Shown here piece by piece: positions 1-14,100 of a stretch of 64,000 bases of DNA. Both the position numbers and the translations under genes were made by a program. The notes under the pieces were generated by a model, which saw nothing but the letters and a program-made list of their open reading frames with translations, ran no database searches and had not been told where the DNA came from. Positions within the stretch are counted from its first letter, which is position 1. Every line of letters starts with the position of its first letter. The stretch comes from Acanthaster planci. Lineage: Eukaryota. The DNA lies in contig NW_019091355.1 of the NCBI RefSeq assembly GCF_001949145.1, forward strand, positions 4,785,518-4,849,517, written 5' to 3'.

Positions 1-497
1 GTACCGCAAACTTTTTTTTTTTTAAAGATGTATTTTTGTTTTTTTTGCCTAAAATAGTCATGGTGTAAACTGGCCATCACTGCAACAATAGTACATGTAG
101 CTAACCCCTTTTTTCTTATTTGAGAATACAGAGATATGCAAGCTCAAGTATATAAACTATGGTGTTCCATTTAGTTCCATCAACTTCACACAGAATGACT
201 GAACTACAGGTCTTTAGGTGACTGTTTGGGGCCAGAGCCTAGGGTGCAGTTGCCTGGTTCCCACGCCGAACAACCTCACTCGGTAATGGAGTACATGACA
301 CCAATATAACTTTGATTCCACGGGGGGCTGTTCCAAAAGGACTAGCGCATGCTCTGAACAGCCATTTTGGTTCGAAAGTCAGAAGATGAGTCTCTATTTT
401 CTCTATATATAACTCTAATGAAAGCTGCACAACAGCGCCCTCTTCAGCTAATGCATACAGCCCTTTGAAGTTTAGCTCCCAAGCTGGCCGTACTTAC

Positions 498-596
498 CAC
501 CGACGTCTGGGCCTCATCCGGCGAGGGCGTGCTGTCGCCCTTCTGCTTCTCGGGTTTTTCAGGCTTGGCCGGCGGAGCCCCATCCGCATTCTCCTT
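498..596 (-). CDS. Internal coding exon (99 nt, phase 0/0) of an unidentified minus-strand gene; encodes KENADGAPPAKPEKPEKQKGDSTPSPDEAQTSV
   Basis: On the minus strand a pyrimidine-rich acceptor (ttgattattgtctctctacag) precedes 596 and a consensus donor GTG|gtaagt follows 498. The segment is GC/CpG-rich against the background, is open for 33 codons, and gives a Pro/Lys/Glu/Ser-rich disordered-type peptide. Confidence 0.8.
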
Positions 597-3148
597 CTGT
601 AGAGAGACAATAATCAAACAACAGAGGAACATTAATAAATGCTTCAAACCTGCAAGTGGTTCACTCGCTTTTCATTAAAAACTTTTCACTTTTTAAAACG
701 AGTAGAAAATTGATACTCAGTGCAAACATACTGTACCCTACAGTACAAAAGACAGCTCTAGAGCTACAAGCGACTTCATGGAACCAAACAAAATATTCAC
801 AAAACATATTTCCATCTGTTGATCTCAAGATGTATCCCTTGCTTGTTCACCACAGAATATTGCTTTAAACCTTGAACACGCACGCGTGTACACAAAATAA
901 GCTGTTCGATTAACTGACGCCATCAATAATAAGGGAACAATAACTCAACCATAAACGTGCAGGCGTACACGTATACATCCTAACGGTAGCTTTCATCATC
1001 TGTGTTCTGCGTAAGTTAGTCTCCGCTCATTATCATCACCAGAAAATGCCAGATTTATGTTTCCAATTCAAAGCTCTTATTCCTTGCGACCACTTAGCAG
1101 GTGGTTCTTACAAGAAGTTGCATGCCAATCTGAAGCCAGCCACATTGTCTCCAATTTGTTCGTTTCTTTCTGTTCTGCTCCCCCGAGGCTAAATTGATTA
1201 AATGTCTGACAGAAAACATTATGCCATCACTGGTGCTAGACAAAACACCTGTGATTTCCCAAAGGCACACAGTAGCAGCCAGGTTTGTCCTAATCTTTAA
1301 AAAAAAAAACTAAGAACAACAAACCAGAAGGATCATTGCTTATGGGTAATTCCAGAAATTAGGGGTCCTTTTTTTTTTTCCTGTCCCTGTCACATCTGAC
1401 ATACATGTATGATTTTGTAAGTTAGGAACACGTGTATAGTACCGGTACATGACTAAACCATCCCCTACATACACCTGTATACAGAACGCACTGGGCAGCC
1501 AACACCACTTTTATGCCACACTGTATAAAAATGTACATCTTGTGCGGAAATTTATTTTTTCGTAGAGTGCTGCACCCTTCTCATGCATATTCATAATGTT
1601 CAATGCAGTAGCCACATTTCCATTATCTGTCGAACTGACAGGACTATTTTTAGACAATCTGGGGGGAAATATTTTTATTGTATGATCTCAAGGCTGGCTG
1701 CAGAGTGTTTTCATAGCTGTCACTGCAGACAAACATGGCAGAAATGTTTACGGTACATACAGACTGGGGAGGGTTTCAATAATGCAAATGCACATGTGTG
1801 GACAAGGGATTATCTGAGTGATTGTGTCCCTGTGTTTGTAAAAGACCCAGACAGGCAAATATCAACAGCAGTCTCACTGATTGAGCTGGGAGAAAATGCA
1901 AAACTTGTGACCCTTGACACATGTCCATTTTAAGATTTAGCAGTACGTTAGCTGTACCAGTGGTGAACGGAGATCATTAAATTATGCAGTTCTGTCGTAA
2001 CAATGCCACGGAGAATGAGAACAAGATTACATGCTGGAACTTCAATCTTTTGACAACAACACTTGTTCCGAGTTTCAGACAACAACATATTTTCCACGTT
2101 TTCAGTGTTCGCCATAGCCTGTTCCACACAGAATTCTCTTGGGTGTACGTGCGGAAATCATGTGACTCCACCGACTAGTACCAACCAAGCCGCAAAACTG
2201 CTGGTGCACATTTCTGCAGTGGAATGGAAGGGTTGTGTACNNNNNNNNNNNNNNNNNNNNNNNNNNNNNNNNNNNNNNNNNNNNNNNNNNNNNNNNNNNN
2301 NNNNNNNNNNNNNNNNNNNNNNNNCTGGGTTACAGCACAATGTGCATTCATCATGTCTACTTGTCCTAAAAAGTAACATGTAGGGGTTTTTTGCGGGACC
2401 TGTGCTTTTACAAGTAAAGTCTAGCCCTAAATCCAAACTGCTGTGGTGTTATGCCACCCACAGCACCCTCTTCCTCTTCAGCCAGAAGGGTTTGCAAAGC
2501 TGGAAACTGGTAAAAGACAGAAGTTCAAGGTGCCCACATCTTGAGCATTAATTACCAAATCTGCATGCTCATCAGAGATTTCTTTTGAGGGCATCTTGTC
2601 TAAACAACTGCACCATTTCTGGAATGCATGTAATGAGTAACATAACCACGGTGGGCCAGGCTGCAATTGTTCACTGTACCCACTCCACTGCAATGACCTA
2701 CATGTACATGTGACTAACTTGCATGCTGAGCTGTTCATTCACTACAGTGACCTTGGCTGAGGACAAGCCAGGGCCACAGGGGCTCAACAACACAGCGACT
2801 TCACTCACAATGTCACACACAAACTGTTCTTGGTTCATTTAGTCCTCTGTGGGACACAACTTGATAACTTCTCCATGACTGCAAATAAGGTTTTGTCAAC
2901 AGCAAGGTGCCAGGTGGAACAGATGCCAAGGTCTAGAAAATCACACAGGGAGAAAACCAAGTTGGCAATTATTGGTATTCCTTCCGTGACTGTAAGGGAC
3001 ATTTGTTAATCCACATTATCAGGAGCCTACATGTACATGTAGTACAGTCATGTTTCAACCATTTTCCACACTAACTACATGTGTACCGTACCGTGTAGTT
3101 TCTATCCAAGACTTCCAGAACTACCAACAATTCATAATTATACATGAC

Positions 3149-3324
3149 AATATGGGCGATTCACAATAGTGCGCCTCCAAGACTTTGCAACACGTTGGCC
3201 CATCACAACCCTCGAAATTTGTCGACCCTTTTCAAACGCACATTGGGTCGACAAATTTCGCGCACTTTGATTGGCCAACGCATTGCAAACTCTTGGAGGC
3301 GCACTACCGTGAAAAGCCTGTATT
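3149..3324. mobile_element. Fold-back (palindromic) MITE-like element, about 176 bp
   Basis: The arms are reverse complements over nearly their whole length: gcgcctccaaga / tcttggaggcgc, cgttggcc / ggccaacg, cgaaatttgtcgaccc / gggtcgacaaatttcg, around a loop of about 16 nt. CpG is retained. Confidence 0.8.
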
Positions 3325-6300
3325 ATAACAACAATCCGGCCAAATATCCAATAACATGTACATGTATCTGTCTGAATACATGGTACATGTACACATATAC
3401 AATGTACACATGATGAATGCAATGTATGATATTCTTAAAGTGCCGGTACTTCCCAACTAAATGCAGGTCAATTTGTCATCAAGAATTCCAAATTCATCCT
3501 TGCCTTTGACCAATGACCTGTTCCTGAACTATCAAATTACTCTTAAATTCAAGCCACCACCCAGAGATATGTACATGTACTCCTATGCTGGTCCATTACA
3601 TCAAAACAAAGCCAACCTGTCTGTGTCCATGCACATGTACCCCTAGCTACTTGCATGCAAGTACAAGTCACACTCTGCCATGCTCTGTAAGCACATAGAC
3701 CATAGAGCAAGGACAAAACCTAAGAGTGCTTCTAATTCTTTTGACTATTGAGGATAGTCAAAACATTTTCTATTTCACACAAGGCAAAATCTCTCACTGT
3801 GTTATTTCAAAGGAGCTTTTCAAGAGCAACTGGTACCTCAACAGTAGGTATAAAGGTCAACGACTCTTTACCCGGAGGTCAGTCTCATTCACTCAATTTC
3901 ACTCCCAAAGAATCAGGGGACAATTGCTAAGGAAGATAAACCACTGGACCACTGACAGGGAAATGCCCTTGTAAATGAATGACCAGGCAAGAAGTGTGAA
4001 TGAAGCAGCAAAAATGATCAAATGGTGTAAAGGGATAAAACCAGGTCAGGGGTTAAAGATTGGAGGTCCATATCATTGGCACCACAGGCCTGTCCACTGC
4101 TCACAGATAACAGATTTACAAATTGTAAACTGTGACCAATATTCAAATCACAGAGTTACATGTATACCAACTGTCTAAATTTAACCCGTCTGCTACTCGA
4201 CAGGTCAGTTATTTATTACTCCTTTTCTTGAAAATTTGCTCGTGTTTACTTTTAAAAACCTCAGCTTCAGTTCCAATAATTCGGCACCGTGATAGGCAAC
4301 ACATGTATAAGAAATTTTACAGGTTTCGACATGACACAGCACAGCAGACCAAAATCATTAATGTTGTTGTGCCCAGATTTACTCAAGAATGAGAAAATGT
4401 GTGGGTGAAGCAGGGCCCAACCCCCCTGACACAGTGGGCCAGGCCGATCCTTGCGGGGCCTCCAGAAACCCAAGTTGATTGCCTCTTTTCACTGGCTGTG
4501 CTGGTGTGTGGGCGTCATCCTTCGGATCACTTATTATTTGTGTTTGGCTTGCTCCAGGAACTGGGTTAAAGCATGTACCGGTGCATACGTGTACATATTT
4601 GGGAGTTAAAGGCGTCATTTCGAGGCAACAGTTCCGTCTGGCTGCCCTCAGCAGTTTCCACTTCAAAGCCTCAAAAACTTGGACGTGTCATTTTAAGATG
4701 CTTCCAAGAAATTCTTCAATGTGAGGCAGTGACTGGTCATACACACAGGTACATGTATCTTGTTTATATTCAAACCTGACAAACCTGTTCTTTTATACTT
4801 GATACAAAGCGCAGATGATTAATGCACAGCACGATGAATATGGTACATTTTATAATACACATGAATCAAGGACAATTTAGAAGAAAATTTCTACTCTTTT
4901 CCCATGAAACTTTTTGTGATGTTACAACTAAATTTGGAAAGAAACTCTAACACTCAATAAATTGTACGTCTTGGGCAATTTTAATGAGATCATTATACAT
5001 GTACCCTGCATCGTTACCTACATGTAAACCAAAACAAAGTTATACTTTTTTCTTTAAATACAAGCAAAACAAATTCTTCAATACCTGCAACTTATACTTG
5101 CAATTCAACTTACATCATCTACTCAATTTATACATCTAAATCATTTGAGAGGATGGTGCATGGAACACACTGTACAGCGCCTACGGAAGGGCAGTGAAGT
5201 GAGTGAACCAGATCTATACATGATTGCATTGTACATGTACATGTCAATTCAACGAGTAAATCATATGAGTAGAATTTTCAGGGACGTTATGCAAATGGCG
5301 TCAACGACTTTTCAACCCCACACATACAAGCTAAAGGCAATAAGATGGCCATGATGTACACTGTGATTACGCTTCAGTGCCGTATAAACTACATCGTGCT
5401 TATCCATGCTTGACACCCTAACTAGGTATCAGCTCTAACTCTCCCTTTCCAGCATTCTGAAGAACTGGCATTCTATAGAAATAAATGCATCATTTGAAGG
5501 GAGTTGATGGTTGAAATAAGAGGGCTGACACATTCTTGAATGTAGCTATGATGAAGGCCATGCTCTAAAAATATCTGCTGTCAAGCCAAAAGACCCCCTC
5601 CCCTACACACACAAAAAACTGATAAAATTTCTGATTTGAATTGTGATTCTTTCACTGCCCACGGCGCTTCCAAATTCCACACTTTTTCAGGAGAGCTTCG
5701 ATTGCAATCACCGATACTTCTGGCTAAGTTTCCTGTGGGCAACTTCAAAAGCAGACCGGTTTTCCCACAGTTGCCTTGCTCTGACTGAATGTTATCACTG
5801 ACAAGTCTAGCCTGCCTTGGGGAATCGTTGAGACACATCAAGTTTGTAAAGTTCATGGCCAGCTCAGCCTTAATTCACAATAGTCTTTATTTAAAAAAGG
5901 ACAAATTGGCCACTATTCTAATGGGTGTTAAGTTCCAGTACAGCCAGCCCGGGACAGAGTTGCAACAGTAGTTGAATGTGTGGCTCACTGGTATGTGAGA
6001 ATGTGCCATTCGTGTGAACTACAATTCAATACACATCAAATGGTGGAAACAACCCGAGCAAAATGCCGCAACTCAAGAGTGGCAGCAGAGCATGATGGGC
6101 TAATGGGATATTAACGTCCAACGCAGGATTACATCCAGATCCTGACAATAATGAACTTCTCCGCAAGGCGGAAACATCATTCGACCGGTACAAAGCTTTC
6201 ACATTTTAACTGTATAAGTAATGTGTGTCATACCAGAAAAACTCAATTCTGCTCATCCTAGCAAGGCCGTTGGGATTATCCATTCAGACCCCCAAAAATG

Positions 6301-7265
6301 AAAATACTTCCAACGGTGCAACATGAAAGTTTTTCTGGAGGCCAAGGCTTGCCAAAGAATAATATTAATACCTAACGAAAAGGATAAAATCTCCAATGGA
6401 AACAATGAAAAGAGACACATCCAAAATGTTTTTAAAGACAATATTCTTATGAATCTGCACATTCAATAACATAGAACAATACCAGTACATGTACATGTGT
6501 ACATACTACAAAAATGTAGCTTCTCCATTCCTTTAATTGGGTTGAGGCAGAACTGGGTGCTTTCAATCCCTCAACACCAAGTAATACCCATTCAAGGGGG
6601 ACTGAAGTGCACCCCTTGACAATCAGGCTAAATCCCCTGAGGGGTGCAGCACTGGGCCGATGAATACAAATAGGGGAGCCATAATACAAAATAAGTTTGC
6701 CAGAAGGGGCTTTCAGAGGTATCATTCCAAGTCACTGCAAGCGTGCCCTTTTGGCAGGTAAACACTCACTGGTCCTGTAATGTACCTGGGAGTGACCACT
6801 TTACTTGCAAAAGGAGAGAGGAACACAGAAAGGACCCCAGTTATCCCATGGAGCAAGGCTCTATGGTTATACTGCACCCACACAGCAGGGACAAACACAG
6901 ATTTACATGTATGTAAACGTACATGTGTACATGTACCTAAATTAACAATACCTGGACTATGAATATTGATGGAGCATGAAGTCCACCTGCAAGCTGAACA
7001 GGCCTACAGGGTACTTCCAGAAGTGAGAAGAGAATACAGAAGTCTTCATCCTACCCTACACGTGATTATGCAATGCACATACTGTACATTGTCAACAGAT
7101 TTGATTTTTTTTTTGCTGAACAGAAAAAAAACGTGAAAATGTACTTGAACGCAATGTGATTAAAAGTGGATGCGAAGACTTCACACAATTTCAGCACTGA
7201 GTTATTTGTACACTGAACGTGGTTTAAGGGTATGCAGTCGCTACCCCCAAGAGCGAATATTTACC

Positions 7266-7690
7266 AAATGTGACCCGCTCAGGGAAAAGGTGATTATAAG
7301 TGGCGCCATGTACCCGTTATTTCTGTGAAGTGGCAAAGTTGAGAGAAATTTCTTTTGGAATTCCACTTTTTTTTTTCTTTTTTTTTTGTCCAGCATAATA
7401 TCTTTGATTTCTAGTGTTTCACAGTTTTATGAGCAACAAGGTTCAAAAGGAAGATTCTCGTTGCTAGGGAGAATTAACATGAGTCTTCCAAACCTAAGAC
7501 TGGATTAGACTCGATGTTTTCAAAGCCTGTAAACTCAACAGAACTAATTAATATGAAAAACGTCATCTCTCCAGAACAGAATGGCTATTGCCCTCTGCTG
7601 TGTACTAAAATGAGAGCTTCCACTTTGGAGTTTCCAGAGATCCAGGTGACTTTTTTTGTTGCGACATACCTTTTAGAGCGGGTCTCAAAT
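7266..7690. mobile_element. Non-autonomous DNA transposon with AAATGTGACCCGCTC...AAAAGGT terminal inverted repeats
   Basis: The left end aaatgtgacccgctcagggaaaaggt matches the reverse complement of the right end accttttagagcgggtctcaaat. Related single ends lie at about 14880-14898, 54364-54386 and 60601-60625. Confidence 0.65.
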
Positions 7691-8455
7691 TTAACCAAAG
7701 CAAAAAAAAAAAAAAAGAGGACGATTAACATTATAGGTTTCTATTCAAGAATTTAGCAATAACTGTACAGTTAGTTTTTTTTTTACATTACCGACTGAAT
7801 TCCTGGAAATATGTCTCTTCTGGATCCTTTTGATACTGCACGTTCACTGGCATTAACATGTGAATTGAACTTAACCACAGAGCAAGGAAATGTTCATCAA
7901 TCCTGCCACTTTTGATTATCAACAGATTTCTTTTTTCCAAGTTTTAACCAAATCAATCAATTCACAGCCACACCTATATTTACTACCACATCATAGCATG
8001 TACACTCTATATCAAAGCAGTACGCATGTACATGATTTGTAAAGAAATTACAACAGAAGTCAAGCCTGACTTGTCATCTGAGAACTACGGTACAGTGAAT
8101 ATACACACAAATTTCAGGGACAGAGTGATTCTAGTTTTGTAGGATGCAGAATGTACAGATGCGAAGTACATGTACAGTGGCATACCATGCCTGAACTTTG
8201 GTGAACCACCAAAAACATAAACACCATCTGGAGAGAAACTTGCAGCCTGTACATCTAGGTACATGTATGTGTACATTGTAAGTCCCAATGTCATGTCCGT
8301 GGCAAGCACACCAAGTCGACACCTTCATTCTTACTGCGTTGGCAGGGCTGTGATAATGGCATACACATACAACTACACGTATCAAGACAGCCATATTTTA
8401 TGTAACCACAACCAGCATTGATAAATGACCAGATGGCCAAACATCATGCACTTAC

Positions 8456-8470
8456 CCTTATCAGAGTCAT
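8456..8470 (-). CDS. Candidate alternative first coding exon (coding part MTLIR)
   Basis: The minus strand reads aat ATG ACT CTG ATA AGG|gtaagt: a consensus donor in phase 0, compatible with exon 498-596. A CpG-containing UTR/promoter-like stretch lies upstream (about 8550-8640). Confidence 0.4.
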
Positions 8471-10297
8471 ATTTCCAATAAAATTCCAGTAAGACTCCAA
8501 TCTAGTGAAAATTGGCTCTTTGGGCTGGACAGACTCTAATGAAACTGTTCAACTACGAGCACCAACGCCAGACGCAGCCTTGCACTCCTTGAATGAACAC
8601 CAAGTACCAACCTCACAGAAAAGGCAACACGCCCCAGTAGACACACACACAGGTAAGCCAAAAGTAGATTACACCCACACAATGGGGAATCAGACAGAAT
8701 GGGCCCACCACAGGCAAACAAGGGCCCTGGTCGGCCTTGTCGCCACATGGCTCAGGGGTACGCTTGTGGGTACACAACAGTCCTCCATGCCCGGCCAGAC
8801 TCAGTCTCAAGGCCATGACCTTTGACCCCAGAATGACAGGTGCCTTTACCAGTGCAAGATGACATTTGGGAACTGATATAATCTGGTATGATCCAATCAC
8901 TCAGCGGGATGTCCAGTGCTGCTCAGAAATTCACCGTGTTCCACACAAATAGGGGTATGGCCTACAATTGAGAGGTCTGATCAGGTAGGGTATGCAGAGA
9001 GTTTAAGATGTATGAATCTCCATATTTTACCATTTGTCAAACTAACTGCATGTGTGGCTTGTCTCTATTTAGACTACACTTTTGCATGTCCTCTCCTTTC
9101 CTGTAACCAGGCTTTAACTTAACAAAGACAGGGGAGGAAAGGGGAGAATTTTCCCTCCCCTCCCCCCACGGTTGTTGTGACAGTGTGCTGCAATCCTTCC
9201 CTCCCCCCTCAGAACATGTCAGCCCCCACTGAGCCACGAGTGGCTTTCAGTGTAGCACCCCCTTAGCCACATGAGGCCTTGCATGAGAACTACAAACCCT
9301 ATTCCGACATCTTCGTCTGTGTTAGTTCATAATGAGCCTTCATTCTGTACACGTACACTGTACCTATTGATAATTTTTGTTTTAGGAACCTAATCCATGA
9401 GACCATTACACTGGGGCACTGTTTGCCCTCTCTGAATGCAAGCACGACTGGCTAAGTACAAAAACCTCAAAGCGCCCAATTTTCTTTCTCCACATTTAGA
9501 AGTAGCGGTACAAACTGTCACATTCTGCACATGTACCAGTCCATGTACGAGTACACATCACTACACAAAATGAATGTACCCCAGTACATGTGGTAACTTA
9601 TTCCCTAGCTGATAAAGATTTTTTTTTTTTAAATAAGCGAAAATGAATGAAATAGACACATCTATGAAAGTAAAAAACCCTCTGACAAGTTTCCAGTGAA
9701 ATGCTCCTGTACACAACATCGGGGTGACATTTTCATCGGCGACCAACAAACATGCTTATGAAGCTAGTGCGTCATGGAAAATCAAATGCAATCTAGATCA
9801 AGATGTGGTCTGTCAGCGGGATAGAAAAGATTCTAATTAAAAACTGCCAAGCCGCCCGTCCCCTTTCGTCAAAAAAAAAAAAAACCTCCCATGGTAGACA
9901 GTTCATGCATAGAGAATAAAGGAACCTCCACGATTCGTGTGCGCAGTGCGAGATAAAATAGCTATGCCTAAATGTATCAATATTGGTTGGGGAGTTACAT
10001 TCCTACCCAATGTTGATTTTATTGAGAGGGGTATCAGGTAAAATTCTCCCCGTGTGTGTGAGGGTATACAATATATTTACATGTATCTCAACAAGAGTCC
10101 AAAGTGCAAGGAAATATACGTGGAGAAGGAACATCAAACTACAAAAATTCTGTTAAAAAATCCACGGACAGTCCTGCTATCAAAGCAAATGTAACAATAC
10201 TCAATGCTTTAATACAAAACACTAAAGGGAAAATTGACAAAGTGCAAGATTTTACAAATTTGTGCCAAAATAAGCTCTCCACTCACTTATGCCTGCA

Positions 10298-10432
10298 TTA
10301 AAAGTTAACAGAAAAAGACAACATTTAGTTCACGTGAAATATTTTAAAATAACAATAAATATTCTTTTTATTATTTTTACAATACTGGTACTTCACGTGA
10401 ACTAAATGTTTTCTATTTCTGTTACCCTTTAA
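10298..10432. mobile_element. MITE with about 40-bp TIRs flanked by TTAA (Kolobok-like termini)
   Basis: Left ttaa-aagttaacagaaaaagacaacatttagttcacgtgaa pairs with right ttcacgtgaactaaatgttttctatttctgttaccct-ttaa. TTAA is at 10298-10301 and 10429-10432. A TTAA target with purine-start/pyrimidine-end termini is typical of Kolobok. Confidence 0.75.
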
Positions 10433-11026
10433 GTTAAACGTACTGATGCAACAATCACAATGCATAGAAAACATGCAACATGTACACCTTTCTGAAATAT
10501 TCAGACATATTTCTGTCTTGGCATCTTTGATGGAGTACTACAAGTACATGCAAGTGCACATCGACATAATTCATTTCAAGCTGCCTCACTAATTCCGATC
10601 AAGCCTGATCCAGCCTTGCCCATATTTTATTTCCCCCCAATAACCAGATGGTTCATTTCACATTCAGCAAGACATTCACATTGGCCAGACATGAGAAAGA
10701 ATGTACAATGTAAGAGGTTGGGAGGCCCCAGTGACCTTGGCACATCCTGGCCTAGTGTAGACCTAGATGTTATACTGGGAATCCTTCCTAATGTATAGAC
10801 CAGCTAGAATAGCCTCCCTTATCTTAAAGGTGCACACTCCCTTGATTTTGTTTTAAAGGGTCTGTGTGATTTTTTTTTTTTACAACCATTAAAAATGCAC
10901 CCTTGTGTTTCAATTGAACCTATTTCCAATTTCGGTCTGGCTATTTTCAAAGGCATTTGGGGATGCTTTTGGTGCCTTTTTTGTTTTGATGCCAATCTGT
11001 ATTTGCATATTTATGGGCAAACAACA

Positions 11027-11154
11027 TCGTGGTGCGCCTGGAAGGACACGCTGTAAATGCTTACGTCCTTTTGCCGGGAAGCATAATTACTGCAAAAAAC
11101 TTTTCCCGGCAAAAGGACGTAAGCGAGCTTACAACCTTTTGCTGGGCACGACGA
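11027..11154. repeat. Inverted repeat / small fold-back element
   Basis: Perfect 22-bp arms gcttacgtccttttgccgggaa (11059-11080) and ttcccggcaaaaggacgtaagc (11103-11124), with degenerate outer arms (tcgtggtgcgcc / gggcacgacga). Confidence 0.75.
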
Positions 11155-14100
11155 CATGTACATCTATAATGCAGTTACAGTAGTTGTTTATTGCCTGACA
11201 TGCAACATGAAATACAGACAGACTGATGAAACATCTAGGACGGATTAAAATAAGTATGCATATAAAAGTAGGAAAAGCAAAATAATGCCTCATCAGCACC
11301 TTCAACAGTGCTGCGGATGTCTAGCTGAGGCAGAGTAATTGTAATCCATGCTCACATAGCGCACATCAATCAATGGATCCATTACACCTGTCTCCAAACC
11401 TGCTGCATCAATCAATTATATGATACAACATGGCACCGCCAAACATTGACGGGCGGTCATGCATTGTCACCAGGTTGAAATTTGAAACTCTGGTTAATTT
11501 CTCATTTGTCTGTTGCAACAGGGACCATCAACCACAGGAGGAAAAGTATTCATCACAGAAAGTTTGACATTAAAAAAGGAAAGGAGATTTGAAGGCTGCA
11601 GCCTTCGTATAACTGGTTTGATTTTGACCAATAATTTTCAACTGGAGATCAAGCACTTTCTGATACTCTAATTGCAAATTAAAAAACATGCATAATTGAT
11701 CAGGGTAGATTAGAATACAAACAAATCCATAATTTTCACTATACTAAAAATAAAACAATTGGGTGAGGTAATTTTAATGCACAGCATACAATCCACGTAA
11801 CCTTGCCTCACCCATTCACAAATAAAATGCATAAATTCCTAAGGAAAATATCCTCAAATTTGAAGGCATTTTGTCATCATTTGACGACTGACCTCCAAAA
11901 TGTTCAACTTTTAGTCCAATAAACCCCGCTACATTTAAGCTGTACTTGCCAGGGATTCCAACAGTTTGACTGTTGCAGTGGTCATGAATCACCATCTAAT
12001 AGTTTTACATTGACCAAGCACAACTGGTAGTCCAACCAGCACCACTTTGTTTTGTTGATGGGTGCAGAGTGAGATGCTTGACCTCAGCCGAGGTCAGCAC
12101 TGAAATCCCTGGGGCCATGTGGTTGGTTTCTATTGGGATAACAAAAAGTGGCAGCAAACTTCTTGTACTTGAGAACTCCATACCACTGGAGCTTGTTCAT
12201 ATGATAACTGTCTGGCCTGTAATGTGAGAAAACTGCTGCACTCTGGTGACAGGTGATCATTAAGGCAATTAGTCTGGCCCCAAATTGGGTCAGGGCTGTT
12301 TATCTGATGGTTCTCCAAGAGATTACAGAGGGCTTACACGTGGACTACAATGGGAGCCCTACATGGACAATGTAGGTGGGTAGGCCTATACTCTGACAGA
12401 ACAAACCCACAACAGGGACGTGACTAATTGTAATTTCACAAGCTGAGATAGACTTACAAACCAGGTACCCTACTGGGACACATGATGTAAGGGACAACTT
12501 GTGTACCCCCATGCTTCACATAAATGGACCATTCGTACATGTACTATCTGACTATGCCATCCACAAGTTCAAGTTAATGGTTAAAAGTGATTTGAATTAT
12601 TACACCTGGGGTTTTTCTCCCACATATTATTTTAGTCAAATGCTTAGATGCTGCACTTTGGCACCTTGGAAAACAAATTGACCGGAGAATGGGCCCAGGT
12701 CCAGGAGCCTCTGTCAAGTACATGTAGGCCCCTATTTGTAAGTTGGGTCATCAATCCTTTCATGAAGCTATAAAATTGATGCCAACAGCCCACTAAGTGC
12801 AGGTGTATATCAAATTCAACTGTCTTCCACCCTGCAGCAGATCTCAATTCAAGTCGAAGGACATCCCTGTAGACCTTTGTTAGAGCAGAAGTAGGGCCTA
12901 TTGTTTTTCTAACCGCTACAACAAAACACCTTGACAATCTGCGGGTCTGTAAAAGGAGACTCGTGGCTTTTCAAAGACAAAATTTTTCTGTGTACCAGCA
13001 CAATTTAGATGGTTTATAACTTTTAGAATCAAACACACTGGTGATCTGAAGTACATGGGAGAAGCCATTGGAAAATACAATAAAGGCTTTGCATGATAGC
13101 CATCTTGTATGGCACTGTTTTGGCAATTCTTTTTGTTCCACAGGGAAGCCTCCTTTGTGCATGCCCTGTGGTTGTGGAACAAAAGCACTGGCCTGCAAGA
13201 TGGCAGCCATACAACCCTCTATAACCATACCAGAAGATGCTCTAAATGTAGACATTCTTTTTTCCCTTCTTTTTAATCCCAAACTTTTGTGAAATAAGCC
13301 AAAACTTGAGTATCCAACAGTGTACTGTACATGTCTTTGTACTGTCCACAATGAGCAAACTTCCCTCTGAGATAGTGTCTGCAACTTTTAATAGAATCAA
13401 CATGTAAACATCACGCATTCACCAAGCTTCAAACAGCTATACTGGTACCAGTAAATTTGTAATAACCCAAATAAGAGCAAGAAACAAAGACCCGGTCTTT
13501 CCAAGTCAGGCTTGAACACAGATCTACGTGCACATGTCAAGCTTTTCCTGAAGTGTGCAAACACTGGCCGCTGATACTTCCTGAATTACTTCCTCCAAAT
13601 AGATTCCCTATGGACATCGGTTAAGTCAGCGGTGTTGGTAAACTGAAGTTGGTAACAGGAATACCCATTTGTCTTGGCTTTTTCTTAATACCAAAACCAC
13701 TCCACCGACAAGCTTAGTTACTGTAAACTCAGGAACCCTTTCACTCGCCAAAGATGTTCATGTATTGTTAAACTCGGTCACTTATACATTATAAAGTTCT
13801 GTGCCACTAAAATTTAAGACTTCACCTGATTTTGGCCACACATTTACATGTACCATTACTCTGTAATTTCAAGAAAACAACTGCTCTGCTAACGTTTAAC
13901 AATACACCGGCAGTTACATGTATGTTGTACATTGGTGATATATGTACCCTTGTGCACATGTACACGTTTCAACTTACATGAAATTATAGTAAGTGTGATA
14001 CACAGGCCCTTTAAAATCTCAATGTTTTGGAAGAGTGGCTTGTGTGTCATGCTCTTGGAATTCCACTAGGCAGAGGAGATAGGCTAAACACCTCCATCTG

